Source: Nemertoderma westbladi (lineage: Eukaryota; Animalia; Xenacoelomorpha). Taken from it: DNA of 64,000 bases. Where the stretch lies: positions 239,586-303,585 of the forward strand of contig JAUCBJ010009143.1 in NCBI GenBank assembly GCA_032718475.1, given 5' to 3'. A program made the translations under genes and the position numbers. The notes under the pieces are model-generated. The model did no database searches. It was not told the origin of the DNA and saw only the letters and a list, made by a program, of their open reading frames with translations. This document shows, piece after piece, positions 1 to 15,000 of the stretch. Numbering within the stretch: the stretch's first letter is position 1; every line of letters starts with the position of its first letter.

Positions 1-3000
1 CCTTCTACTTCCGCACACCCGAAGCCTCACCACCTGGCCAGCAGCACTCCAGATTAATTTATCTTCTACTTCAACTGGGCCACCAGATCTCCCTATTAAT
101 CTACCTTCTACTTCCGCACACTCGAAGCCTCACCACCTGGCCAGCAGCACTCCAGATTAATTTATCTTCTACTTCAACTGGGCCGCCAGATCTCCCTATT
201 AATCTACCTTCTACTTCCGCACACTCGAAGCCTCACCACCTGGCCAGCATCACTCCAGATTAATTTATCTTCTACTTCAACTGGGCCACCAGATCTCCCT
301 ATTAATCTACCTTCTACTTCCGCACACTCGAAGCCTCACCACCTGGCCAGCAGCACTCCAGATTAATTTATCTTCTACTTCAACTGGGCCACCAGATCTC
401 CCGATTAATCCAACTTCTACTTCCGCACACTCGAAGCCTCACCACCTGGCCAGCAGCACTCCAGATTAATTTATCTTCTACTTCAACTGGGCCACCAGAT
501 CTCCCGATTAATCCAACTTCTACTTCCGAACACTCGAAGCCTCACCACCTGGCCAGCAGCACTCCAGATTAATTTATCTTCTACTTCAACTGGGCCACCA
601 GATCTCCCTATTAATCTACCTTCTACTTCCGCACACTCGAAGCCTCACCACCTGGCCAGCATCACTCCAGATTAATTTATCTTCTACTTCAACTGGGCCA
701 CCAGCTCTCCCGATTAATCCAACTTCTACTTCCGCACACTCGAAGCCTCTCCACCTGGCCAGCAGCACTCCAGATTAATTTATCTTCTACTTCAACTGGG
801 CCACCAGATCTCCCTATTAATCTACCTTCTACTTCCGCACACTCGAAGCCTCACCACCTGGCCAGCATCACTCCAGATTAATTTATCTTCTACTTCAACT
901 GGGCCACCAGATCTCCCTATTAATCTACCTTCTACTTCCGCACACTCGAAGCCTCACCACCTGGCCAGCATCACTCCAGATTAATTTATCTTCTACTTCA
1001 ACTGGGCCACCAGATCTCCCTATTAATCTACCTTCTACTTCCGCACACTCGAAGCCTCACCACCTGGCCAGCAGCACTCCAGATTAATTTATCTTCTACT
1101 TCAACTGGGCCACCAGATCTCCCTATTAATCTACCTTCTACTTCCGCACACTCGAAGCCTCACCACCTGGCCAGCATCACTCCAGATTAATTTATCTTCT
1201 ACTTCAACTGGGCCACCAGATCTCCCGATTAATCCAACTTCTACTTCCGCACACTCGAAGCCTCTCCACCTGGCCAGCAGCACTCCAGATTAATTTATCT
1301 TCTACTTCAACTGGGCCACCAGATCTCCCTATTAATCTACCTTCTACTTCCGCACACTCGAAGCCTCACCACCTGGCCAGCAGCACTCCAGATTAATTTA
1401 TCTTCTACTTCAACTGGGCCACCAGATCTCCCTATTAATCTACCTTCTACTTCCGCACACTCGAAGCCTCACCACCTGGCCAGCAGCACTCCAGATTAAT
1501 TTATCTTCTACTTCAACTGGGCCACCAGATCTCCCTATTAATCTACCTTCTACTTCCGCACACTCGAAGCCTCACCACCTGGCCAGCAGCACTCCAGATT
1601 AATTTATCTTCTACTTCAACTGGGCCACCAGATCTCCCTATTAATCTACCTTCTACTTCCGCACACTCGAAGCCTCACCACCTGGCCAGCAGCACTCCAG
1701 ATTAATTTATCTTCTACTTCAACTGGGCCACCAGATCTCCCAATTAATCCAACTTCTACTTCCGCACACTCGAAGCCTCATCAACTGGGCCAGCAGCACT
1801 CCAGATTAATTTATCTTCTACTTCAACTGGGCCTCCAGATCTCCCGATTAATCCAACTTCTACTTCCGCACACTCGAAGCCTCACCACCTGGCCAGCAGC
1901 ACTCCAGATTAATTTATCTTCTACTTCAACTGGGCCACCAGATCTCCCGATTAATCCAACTTCTACTTCCGCACACTCGAAGCCTCACCACCTGGCCAGC
2001 AGCACTCCAGATTAATTTATCTTCTACTTCAACTGGGCCACCAGATCTCCCGATTAATCCAACTTCTACTTCCGCACACTCGAAGCCTCACCACCTGGCC
2101 AGCAGCACTCCAGATTAATTTATCTTCTACTTCAACTGGGCCACCAGATCTCCCTATTAATCTACCTTCTACTTCCGCACACTCGAAGCCTCACCACCTG
2201 GCCAGCAGCACTCCAGATTAATTTATCTTCTACTTCAACTGGGCCACCAGATCTCCCGATTAATCCAACTTCTACTTCCGCACACTCGAAGCCTCTCCAC
2301 CTGGCCAGCAGCACTCCAGATTAATTTATCTTCTACTTCAACTGGGCCACCAGATCTCCCTATTAATCTACCTTCTACTTCCGCACACTCGAAGCCTCAC
2401 CACCTGGCCAGCAGCACTCCAGATTAATTTATCTTCTACTTCAACTGGGCCACCAGATCTCCCTATTAATCTACCTTCTACTTCCGCACACTCGAAGCCT
2501 CACCACCTGGCCAGCAGCACTCCAGATTAATTTATCTTCTACTTCAACTGGGCCACCAGATCTCCCTATTAATCTACCTTCTACTTCCGCACACTCGAAG
2601 CCTCACCACCTGGCCAGCAGCACTCCAGATTAATTTATCTTCTACTTCAACTGGGCCACCAGATCTCCCTATTAATCTACCTTCTACTTCCGCACACTCG
2701 AAGCCTCACCACCTGGCCAGCAGCACTCCAGATTAATTTATCTTCTACTTCAACTGGGCCACCAGATCTCCCTATTAATCTACCTTCTACTTCCGCACAC
2801 TCGAAGCCTCACCACCTGGCCAGCAGCACTCCAGATTAATTTATCTTCTACTTCAACTGGGCCACCAGATCTCCCGATTAATCCAACTTCTACTTCCGCA
2901 CACTCGAAGCCTCACCACCTGGCCAGCAGCACTCCAGATTAATTTATCTTCTACTTCAACTGGGCCACCAGATCTCCCTATTAATCTACCTTCTACTTCC

Positions 3001-6000
3001 GCACACTCGAAGCCTCACCACCTGGCCAGCAGCACTCCAGATTAATTTATCTTCTACTTCAACTGGGCCACCAGATCTCCCTATTAATCTACCTTCTACT
3101 TCCGCACACTCGAAGCCTCACCACCTGGCCAGCAGCACTCCAGATTAATTTATCTTCTACTTCAACTGGGCCACCAGATCTCCCTATTAATCTACCTTCT
3201 ACTTCCGCACACTCGAAGCCTCACCACCTGGCCAGCAGCACTCCAGATTAATTTATCTTCTACTTCAACTGGGCCACCAGATCTCCCTATTAATCTACCT
3301 TCTACTTCCGCACACTCGAAGCCTCACCACCTGGCCAGCAGCACTCCAGATTAATTTATCTTCTACTTCAACTGGGCCACCAGATCTCCCTATTAATCCA
3401 ACTTCTACTTCCGCACACTCGAAGCCTCACCACCTGGCCAGCAGCACTCCAGATTAATTTATCTTCTACTTCAACTGGGCCACCAGATCTCCCAATTAAT
3501 CCAACTTCTACTTCCGCACACTCGAAGCCTCACCACCTGGCCAGCAGCACTCCAGATTAATTTATCTTCTACTTCAACTGGGCCACCAGATCTCCCTATT
3601 AATCTACCTTCTACTTCCGCACACTCGAAGCCTCACCACCTGGCCAGCAGCACTCCAGATTAATTTATCTTCTACTTCAACTGGGCCACCAGATCTCCCT
3701 ATTAATCCAACTTCTACTTCCGCACACTCGAAGCCTCACCACCTGGCCAGCAGCACTCCAGATTAATTTATCTTCTACTTCAACTGGGCCACCAGATCTC
3801 CCTATTAATCCAACTTCTACTTCCGCACACTCGAAGCCTCACCACCTGGCCAGCAGCACTCCAGATTAATTTATCTTCTACTTCAACTGGGCCACCAGAT
3901 CTCCCTATTAATCTACCTTCTACTTCCGCACACTCGAAGCCTCACCACCTGGCCAGCAGCACTCCAGATTAATTTATCTTCTACTTCAACTGGGCCACCA
4001 GATCTCCCAATTAATCCAACTTCTACTTCCGCACACTCGAAGCCTCACCACCTGGCCAGCAGCACTCCAGATTAATTTATCTTCTACTTCAACTGGGCCA
4101 CCAGATCTCCCAATTAATCCAACTTCTACTTCCGCACACTCGAAGCCTCACCACCTGGCCAGCAGCACTCCAGATTAATTTATCTTCTACTTCAACTGGG
4201 CCACCAGATCTCCCTATTAATCTACCTTCTACTTCCGCACACTCGAAGCCTCACCACCTGGCCAGCAGCACTCCAGATTAATTTATCTTCTACTTCAACT
4301 GGGCCACCAGATCTCCCTATTAATCTACCTTCTACTTCCGCACACTCGAAGCCTCACCACCTGGCCAGCAGCACTCCAGATTAATTTATCTTCTACTTCA
4401 ACTGGGCCACCAGATCTCCCTATTAATCTACCTTCTACTTCCGCACACTCGAAGCCTCACCACCTGGCCAGCAGCACTCCAGATTAATTTATCTTCTACT
4501 TCAACTGGGCCACCAGATCTCCCTATTAATCCACCTTCTACTTCCGCACACTCGAAGCCTCACCACCTGGCCAGCAGCACTCCAGATTAATTTATCTTCT
4601 ACTTCAACTGGGCCACCAGATCTCCCAATTAATCCAACTTCTACTTCCGCACACTCGAAGCCTCACCACCTGGCCAGCAGCACTCCAGATTAATTTATCT
4701 TCTACTTCAACTGGGCCACCAGATCTCCCTATTAATCTACCTTCTACTTCCGCACACTCGAAGCCTCACCACCTGGCCAGCAGCACTCCAGATTAATTTA
4801 TCTTCTACTTCAACTGGGCCACCAGATCTCCCAATTAATCCAACTTCTACTTCCGCACACTCGAAGCCTCACCACCTGGCCAGCAGCACTCCAGATTAAT
4901 TTATCTTCTACTTCAACTGGGCCACCAGATCTCCCTATTAATCTACCTTCTACTTCCGCACACTCGAAGCCTCACCACCTGGCCAGCAGCACTCCAGATT
5001 AATTTATCTTCTACTTCAACTGGGCCACCAGATCTCCCTATTAATCTACCTTCTACTTCCGCACACTCGAAGCCTCACCACCTGGCCAGCAGCACTCCAG
5101 ATTAATTTATCTTCTACTTCAACTGGGCCACCAGATCTCCCAATTAATCCAACTTCTACTTCCGCACACTCGAAGCCTCACCACCTGGCCAGCAGCACTC
5201 CAGATTAATTTATCTTCTACTTCAACTGGGCCACCAGATCTCCCTATTAATCTACCTTCTACTTCCGCACACTCGAAGCCTCACCACCTGGCCAGCAGCA
5301 CTCCAGATTAATTTATCTTCTACTTCAACTGGGCCACCAGATCTCCCTATTAATCTACCTTCTACTTCCGCACACTCGAAGCCTCACCACCTGGCCAGCA
5401 GCACTCCAGATTAATTTATCTTCTACTTCAACTGGGCCACCAGATCTCCCAATTAATCCAACTTCTACTTCCGCACACTCGAAGCCTCACCACCTGGCCA
5501 GCAGCACTCCAGATTAATTTATCTTCTACTTCAACTGGGCCACCAGATCTCCCTATTAATCTACCTTCTACTTCCGCACACTCGAAGCCTCACCACCTGG
5601 CCAGCAGCACTCCAGATTAATTTATCTTCTACTTCAACTGGGCCACCAGATCTCCCAATTAATCCAACTTCTACTTCCGCACACTCGAAGCCTCACCACC
5701 TGGCCAGCAGCACTCCAGATTAATTTATCTTCTACTTCAACTGGGCCACCAGATCTCCCTATTAATCTACCTTCTACTTCCGCACACTCGAAGCCTCACC
5801 ACCTGGCCAGCAGCACTCCAGATTAATTTATCTTCTACTTCAACTGGGCCACCAGATCTCCCTATTAATCTACCTTCTACTTCCGCACACTCGAAGCCTC
5901 ACCACCTGGCCAGCAGCACTCCAGATTAATTTATCTTCTACTTCAACTGGGCCACCAGATCTCCCAATTAATCCAACTTCTACTTCCGCACACTCGAAGC

Positions 6001-9000
6001 CTCATCAACTGGGCCAGCAGCACTCCAGATTAATTTATCTTCTACTTCAACTGGGGCTCTAGATCTCCCGATTAATCCAACTTCTACTTCCGCACACTCG
6101 AAGCCTCACCACCTGGCCAGCAGCACTCCAGATTAATTTATCTTCTACTTCAACTGGGCCACCAGATCTCCCGATTAATCCAACTTCTACTTCCGCACAC
6201 TCGAAGCCTCACCACCTGGCCAGCAGCACTCCAGATTAATTTATCTTCTACTTCAACTGGGCCACCAGATCTCCCGATTAATCCAACTTCTACTTCCGCA
6301 CACTCGAAGCCTCACCACCTGGCCAGCAGCACTCCAGATTAATTTATCTTCTACTTCAACTGGGCCACCAGATCTCCCTATTAATCCAACTTCTACTTCC
6401 GCACACTCGAAGCCTCATCAACTGGGCCAGCAGCACTCCAGATTAATTTATCTTCTACTTCAACTGGGCCACCAGCTCCCTATTAATCTACCTTCTACTT
6501 CCGCACACTCGAAGCCTCACCACCTGGCCAGCAGTACTCCAGATTAATTTATCTTCTACTTCAACTGGGCCACCAGATCTCCCTATTAATCTACCTTCTA
6601 CATCCGCACACTCGAAGCCGTACCACCTGGCCAGCAGCACTTCAGATTAATTTATCTTCTACTTCAACTGGGCCACCAGATCTCCCTATTAATCTACCTT
6701 CTACTTCCGCACACTCAAAGCCTCACCACCTGGCCAGCAGCACTCCAGATTAATTTATTTTCTACTTCAAATGGGCCATCAGATCTCCCGATTAATCCAA
6801 CTTCTACTTCCGCACACTCGAAGCCTCACCACCTGGCCAGCAGCACCCCAGATTAATTTATCTTCTACTTCAACTGGGCCACCAGATCTCCCGATTAATC
6901 CAACTTCTACTTCCGCACACTCAAAGCCTCACCACCTGGCCAGCAATACTCCAGATTAATTTATCTTCTACTTCAACTGGGCCACCAGATCTCCCGATTA
7001 ATCCAACTTCTACTTCCGCACACTCGAAGCCTCACCACCTGGCCAGCAGCACTCCAGATTAATTTATCTTCTACTTCAACTGGGCCACCAGATCTCCCTA
7101 TTAATCCAACTTCTACTTCCGCACACTCAAAGCCTCACCACCTGGCCAGCAATACTCCAGATTAATTTATCTTCTACTTCAACTGGGCCACCAGATCTCC
7201 CGATTAATCCAACTTCTACTTCCGCACACTCGAAGCCTTACCATCTGGCCAGCAGCACTCCAGATTAATTTATCTTCTACTTCAACTGGGCCACCAGATC
7301 TCCCGATTAATCCAACTTCTACTTCTGCACACTCGAAGCCTCATCAACTGGCCAGCAGCACTCCAGATTAATTTATCTTCTACTTCAACTGGGCCACCAG
7401 ATCTCCCTATTAATCCAACTTCTACTTCCGCACACTCGAAGCCTCACCACCTGGCCAGCAGCACTCCAGATTAATTTATCTTCTACTTCAACTGGGCCAC
7501 CAGATCTCCCGATTAATCCAACTTCTACTTCCGCACACTCGAAGCCTCACCACCTGGCCAGCAGCACTCCAGATTAATTTATCTTCTACTTCAACTGGGC
7601 CACCAGATCTCCCGATTAATCCAACTTCTACTTCCGCACACTCGAAGCCTCACCATTTGGCCAGCAGCACTCCAGATTAATTTATCTTCTACTTCAACTG
7701 GGCCACCAGATCTCCCGATTAATCCAACTTCTACTTCCGCACACTCGAAGCCTTACCACCTGGCCAGCAGCACTCCAGATTAATTTATCTTCTACTTCAA
7801 CTGGGCCACCAGATCTCCCGATTAATCCAACTTCTACTTCCGCACACTCAAAGCCTCACCACCTGGCCAGCAGCACTCCAGATTAATTTAACTTCTACTT
7901 CAACTGGGCCACCAGATCTCCCGATTAATCCAACTTCTACTTCCGCACACTCGAAGCCTCACCACCTGGCCAGCAGCACTCCAGATTAATTTATCTTCTA
8001 CTTCAACTGGGCCACCAGATCTCCCTATTAATCTACCTTCTACTTCCGCACACTCGAAGCCTCACCACCTGGCCAGCATCACTCCAGATTAATTTATCTT
8101 CTACTTCAACTGAGCCACCAGATCTCCCGATTAATCCAACTTCTACTTCCGCACACTCGAAGCCTCACCACCTGGCCAGCAGCACTCCAGATTAATTTAT
8201 CTTCTACTTCAACTGGGCCACCAGATCTCCCTATTAATCTACCTTCTACTTCCGCACACTCGAAGCCTCACCACCTGGCCAGCATCACTCCAGATTAATT
8301 TATCTTCTACTTCAACTGGGCCACCAGATCTCCCGATTAATCCAACTTCTACTTCCGCACACTCGAAGCCTCACCACCTGGCCAGCAGCACTCCAGATTA
8401 ATTTATCTTCTACTTCAACTGGGCCACCAGATCTCCCGATTAATCCAACTTCTACTTCCGCACACTCGAAGCCTTACCACCTGGCCAGCAGCACTCCAGA
8501 TTAATTTATCTTCTACTTCAACTGGGCCACCAGATCTCCCGATTAATCCAACTTCTACTTCCGCACACTCAAAGCCTCACCACCTGGCCAGCAGCACTCC
8601 AGATTAATTTATCTTCTACTTCAACTGGGCCACCAGATCTCCCGATTAATCCAACTTCTACTTCCGCACACTCAAAGCCTCACCACCTGGCCAGCAGCAC
8701 TCCAGATTAATTTAACTTCTACTTCAACTGGGCCACCAGATCTCCCGATTAATCCAACTTCTACTTCCGCACACTCGAAGCCTCACCACCTGGCCAGCAG
8801 CACTCCAGATTAATTTATCTTCTACTTCAACTGGGCCACCAGATCTCCCTATTAATCTACCTTCTACTTCCGCACACTCGAAGCCTCACCACCTGGCCAG
8901 CATCACTCCAGATTAATTTATCTTCTACTTCAACTGAGCCACCAGATCTCCCGATTAATCCAACTTCTACTTCCGCACACTCGAAGCCTCACCACCTGGC

Positions 9001-12000
9001 CAGCAGCACTCCAGATTAATTTATCTTCTACTTCAACTGGGCCACCAGATCTCCCTATTAATCTACCTTCTACTTCCGCACACTCGAAGCCTCACCACCT
9101 GGCCAGCATCACTCCAGATTAATTTATCTTCTACTTCATCTGGGCCACCAGATCTCCCGATTAATCCAACTTCTACTTCCGCACACTCGAAGCCTCACCA
9201 CCTGGCCAGCAGCACTCCAGATTAATTTATCTTCTACTTCAACTGGGCCACCAGATCTCCCGATTAATCCAACTTCTACTTCCGCACACTCGAAGCCTCA
9301 CCACCTGGCCAGCAGCACTCCAGATTAATTTAACTTCTACTTCAACTGGGCCACCAGATCTCCCGATTAATCCAACTTCTACTTCCGCACACTCGAAGCC
9401 TCACCACCTGGCCAGCAGCACTCCAGATTAATTTATCTTCTACTTCAACTGGGCCACCAGATCTCCCTATTAATCTACCTTCTACTTCCGCACACTCGAA
9501 GCCTCACCACCTGGCCAGCATCACTCCAGATTAATTTATCTTCTACTTCAACTGGGCCACCAGATCTCCCGATTAATCCAACCTCTACTTTCGCACACTC
9601 GAAGCCTCATCCACTGGGCCAGCAGCACTCCAGATTAATTTATCTTCTACTTCAACTGGGCCTCCAGATCTCCCTATTAATCTACCTTCTACTTCCGCAC
9701 ACTCGAAGCCTCACCACCTGGCCAGCAGCACTCCAGATTAATATATCTTCTACTTCAACTGGGCCACCAGATCTCCCTATTAATCCAACTTCTACTTCCG
9801 CACACTCAAAGCCTCACCACCTGGCCAGCAGCACTCTAGATTAATTTATCTTCTACTTCAACTGGGCCACCAGCTCTCCCTATTAATCTACCTTCTACTT
9901 CCGCACACTCGAAGCCTCACCACCTGGCCAGCAGCACTCCAGATTAATTTATCTTCTACTTCAACTGGGCCACCAGATCTCCCTATTAATCTACCTTCTA
10001 CTTCCGCACACTCGAAGCCTCACCACCTGGCCAGCAGCACTCCAGATTAATTTTTCTTCTACTTCAACTGGGCCACAATATATCCCTATTAATCTACCTT
10101 CTACTTCCGCACACTCGAAGCCTCACCACCTGGCCAGCAGCACTCCAGATTAATTTATCTTCTACTTCAACTGGGCCTCCAGATCTCCCTATTAATCTAC
10201 CTACTACTTCCGCACACTCGAGGCCTCACCACCTGGCCAGCAGCACTCCAGATTAATTTATCTTCTACTTCAACTGGGCTACCAGATCTCCCTATTAATC
10301 TACCTTCTACTTCCGCACCTAAGAAGCCTCACCACCTGGCCAGCAGCACTCCAGATTAATTTATCTTCTACTTCAACTGGGCCACCAGATCTCCCTATTA
10401 ATCTACCTTCTACTTCCGCACACTCGAAGCCTCACCACCTGGCCAGCAGCACTCCAGATTAATTTATCTTCTACTTCAACTGGGCTACCAGATCTCCCTA
10501 TTAATCTACCTTCTACTTCCGCACCTAAGAAGCCTCACCACCTGGCCAGCAGCACTCCAGATTAATTTATCTTCTACTTCAACTGGGCCTCCAGATCTCC
10601 CTATTAATCCAACTTCTACTTCCGCACACTCGAAGCCTCACCACCTGGCCAGCATCACTCCAGATTAATTTATCTTCTACTTCAACTGGGCTACCAGATC
10701 TCCCTATTAATCTACCTTCTACTTCCGCACCTAAGAAGCCTCACCACCTGGCCAGCAGCACTCCAGATTAATTTATCTTCTACTTCAACTGGGCCACCAG
10801 ATCTCAATATTATTCTACCTACTACTTCCGCACACTCGAAGCCTCACCACCCGGCCAGCGGCACTCCAGATTAATTTATATTTTACCTCAACTGGGCCAC
10901 CAGATCTCCCTATTAATCTACCTTCTACTTCCGCACACTCGAAGCCTCACCACCTGGCCAGCAGCACTCCAGATTAATTTATCTTCTACTTCAACTGGGC
11001 CACAATATCTCCCTATTAATCTACCTTCTACTTCCGCACACTCGAGGCCTCATCACCTGGCCAGCAGCACTCCAGATTAATTTATCTTCTACTTCAACTG
11101 GGCAACCAGATCTCCCTATTAATCTACCTTCTACTTCCGCACACTCGAAGCCTTACCATCTGGCCAGCAGCACTCCAGATTAATTTATCTTCTACTTCAA
11201 CTGGGCCACCAGATCTCCCGATTAATCCAACTTCTACTTCCGCACACTCGAAGCCTCATCAACTGGGCCAGCAGCACTCCAGATTAATTTATCTTCTACT
11301 TCAACTGGGCCACCAGATCTCCCTATTAATCCAACTTCTACTTCCGCACACTCAAAGCCTCACCACCTGGCCAGCAGCACTCTAGATTAATTTATCTTCT
11401 ACTTCAACTGGGCCACCAGATCTCCCTATTAATCTACCTTCTACTTCCGCACACTCGAAGCCTCACCACCTGGCCAGCAGCACTCCAGATTAATTTATCT
11501 TCTACTTCAACTGGGCCACCAGATCTCCCTATTAATCTACCTTCTACTTCCGCACACTCGAAGCCTCACCACCTGGCCAGCAGCACTCCAGATTAATTTA
11601 TCTTCTACTTCAACTGGGCCACAATGTCTCCCTATTAATCTACCTTCTACTTCCGCACACTCGAGGCCTCATCACCTGGCCAGCAGCACTCCAGATTAAT
11701 TTATCTTCTACTTCAACTGGGCAACCAGATCTCCCTATTAATCTACCTTCTACTTCCGCACACTCGAAGCCTTACCATCTGGCCAGCAGCACTCCAGATT
11801 AATTTATCTTCTACTTCAACTGGGCCACCAGATCTCCCGATTAATCCAACTTCTACTTCCGCACACTCGAAGCCTCATCAACTGGGCCAGCAGCACTCCA
11901 GATTAATATATCTTCTACTTCAACTGGGCCACCAGATCTCCCTATTAATCCAACTTCTACTTCCGCACACTCAAAGCCTCACCACCTGGCCAGCAGCACT

Positions 12001-15000
12001 CTAGATTAATTTATCTTCTACTTCAACTGGGCCACCAGATCTCCCTATTAATCTACCTTCTACTTCCGCACACTCGAAGCCTCACCACCTGGCCAGCAGC
12101 ACTCCAGATTAATTTATCTTCTACTTCAACTGGGCCACCAGATCTCCCGATTAATCCAACTTCTACTTCCGCACACTCGAAGCCTCACCACCTGGCTAGC
12201 AGCACTCCAGATTAATTTATCTTCTACTTCAACTGGGCCACCAGATCTCCCGATTAATCCAACTTCTACTTCCGCACACTCGAAGCCTCACCACCTGGCC
12301 AGCAGCACTCCAGATTAATTTATCTTCTACTTCAACTGGGCCACCAGATCTCCCTATTAATCTACCTACTACTTCCGCACACTCGAAGCCTCACCACCTG
12401 GCCAGCAGCACTCCAGATTAATTTATCTTCTACTTCAACTGGGCCTCCAGATCTCCCTATTAATCTACCTACTACTTCCGCACACTCGAGGCCTCACCAC
12501 CTGGCCAGCAGCACTCCAGATTAATTTATCTTCTACTTCAACTGGGCCACCAGATCTCCCTATTAATCTACCTTCTACTTCCGCACCTAAGAAGCCTCAC
12601 CACCTGGCCAGCAGCACTCCAGATTAATTTATCTTCTACTTCAACTGGGCCACCAGATCTCCCTATTAATCTACCTTCTACTTCCGCACCTAAGAAGCCT
12701 CACCACCTGGCCAGCAGCACTACAGATTAATTTATCTTCTACTTCAACTGGGCCACCAGTTCTCCCTATTAATCTACCTTCTACTTCCGCACACTCGAAG
12801 CCTCACCACCTGGCTAGCAGCACTCCAGATTAATTTATCTTCTACTTCAACTGGGCCACCAGATCTCCCGATTAATCCAACTTCTACTTCCGCACACTCG
12901 AAGCCTCACCACCTGGCTAGCAGCACTCCAGATTAATTTATCTTCTACTTCAACTGGGCCACCAGATCTCCCGATTAATCCAACTTCTACTTCCGCACAC
13001 TCGAAGCCTCACCACCTGGCCAGCAGCACTCCAGATTAATTTATCTTCTACTTCAACTGGGCCACCAGATCTACCTATTAATCTACCTACTACTTCCGCA
13101 CACTCGAAGCCTCACCACCTGGCCAGCAGCACTCCAGATTAATTTATCTTCTACTTCAACTGGGCCACCAGATCTCCCTATTAATCTACCTTCTACTTCG
13201 GCACACTCGAAGCCTCACCACCTGGCCAGCAGCACTCCAGATTAATTTATCTTCTACTTCAACTGGGCCACCAGATCTCAATATTATTCTACCTACTACT
13301 TCCGCACACTCGAAGCCTCACCACCCGGCCAGCGGCACTCCAGATTAATTTATATTTTACCTCAACTGGGCCACCAGATCTCCCTATTAATCTACCTTCT
13401 ACTTCCGCACACTCGAAGCCTCACCACCTGGCCAGCAGCACTCCAGATTAATTTATCTTCTACTTCAACTGGGCCACAATATCTCCCTATTAATCTACCT
13501 TCTACTTCGGCACACTCGAAGCCTCACCACCTGGCCAGCAGCACTCCAGATTAATTTATATTTTACCTCAACTGGGCCACCAGATCTCCCTATTAATCTA
13601 CCTTCTACTTCCGCACACTCGAAGCCTCACCACCTGGCCAGCAGCACTCCAGATTAATTTATCTTCTACTTCAACTGGGCCACAATATCTCCCTATTAAT
13701 CGACCTTCTACTTCCGCACACTCGAAGCCTCACCACCTGGCCAGCAGCACTCCAGATTAATTTATCTTCTACTTCAACTGGGCCACCAGATCTCCCTATT
13801 AATCTACCTTCTACTTCGGCACACTCGAAGCCTCACCACCTGGCCAGCAGCACTCCAGATTAATTTATCTTCTACTTCAACTGGGCCACCAGATCTCAAT
13901 ATTATTCTACCTACTACTTCCGCACACTCGAAGCCTCACCACCCGGCCAGCGGCACTCCAGATTAATTTATATTTTACCTCAACTGGGCCACCAGATCTC
14001 CCTATTAATCTACCTTCTACTTCCGCACCCTCGAAGCCTCACCACATGGCCAGCAGCACTCCAGATTAATTTATCTTCTACTTCAACTGGGCCACCAGAT
14101 CTCCCTATTAATCTACCTTCTACCTCCGCACACTCGAGGCCTCATCACCTGGCCAGCAGCACTCCAGATTAATTTATCTTCTACTTCAACTGGGCAACCA
14201 GATCTCCCTATTAATCTACCTTCTACTTCCGCACACTCGAAGCCTCACTACCTGGCCAGCAGCACTCCAGATTAATTTATCTTCTACTTCAACTGGGCCA
14301 CCAGATCTCCCTATTAATCTACCTTCTACTTCCGCACCCTCGAAGCCTCACCACCTGGCCAGCAGCACTCCAGATTAATTTATCTTCTACTTTAACTGGG
14401 CCACCAGATCTCCCGATTAATCCAACTTCTACTTCCGCACACTCGAAGCCTCACCACATGGCCAGCAGCACTCCAGATTAATTTATCTTCTACTTCAACT
14501 GGGCCACCAGATCTCCCTATTAATCTACCTTCTACTTCCGCACACTCGAAGCCTCACCACCTGGCCAGCAGCACTCCAGATTAATTTATCTTCTACTTCA
14601 ACTGGGCCACCAGATCTCCCTATTAATCTACCTTCTACTTCCGCACCCTCGAAGCCTCACCACCTGGCCAGCAGCACTCCAGATTAATTTATCTTCTACT
14701 TCAACTGGGCCACCAGATCTCCCGATTAATCCAACTTCTACTTCCGCACACTCGAAGCCTCACCACATGGCCAGCAGCACTCCAGATTAATTTATCTTCT
14801 ACTTCAACTGGGCCACCAGATCTCCCTATTAATCTACCTTCTACTTCCGCACACTCGAAGCCTCACCACCTGGCCAGCAGCACTCCAGATTAATTTATCT
14901 TCTACTTCAACTGGGCCACCAGATCTCCCTATTAATCTACCTTCTACTTCAGCACACTCGAAGCCTCACCACCTGGCCAGCAGCACTCCAGATTAATTTA

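Noticed and set aside
6771-6959. 62-aa ORF in the satellite
   Set aside because: It is created by a single C-to-A variant giving an ATG. The monomer length is not a multiple of 3 and stops recur every three monomers.
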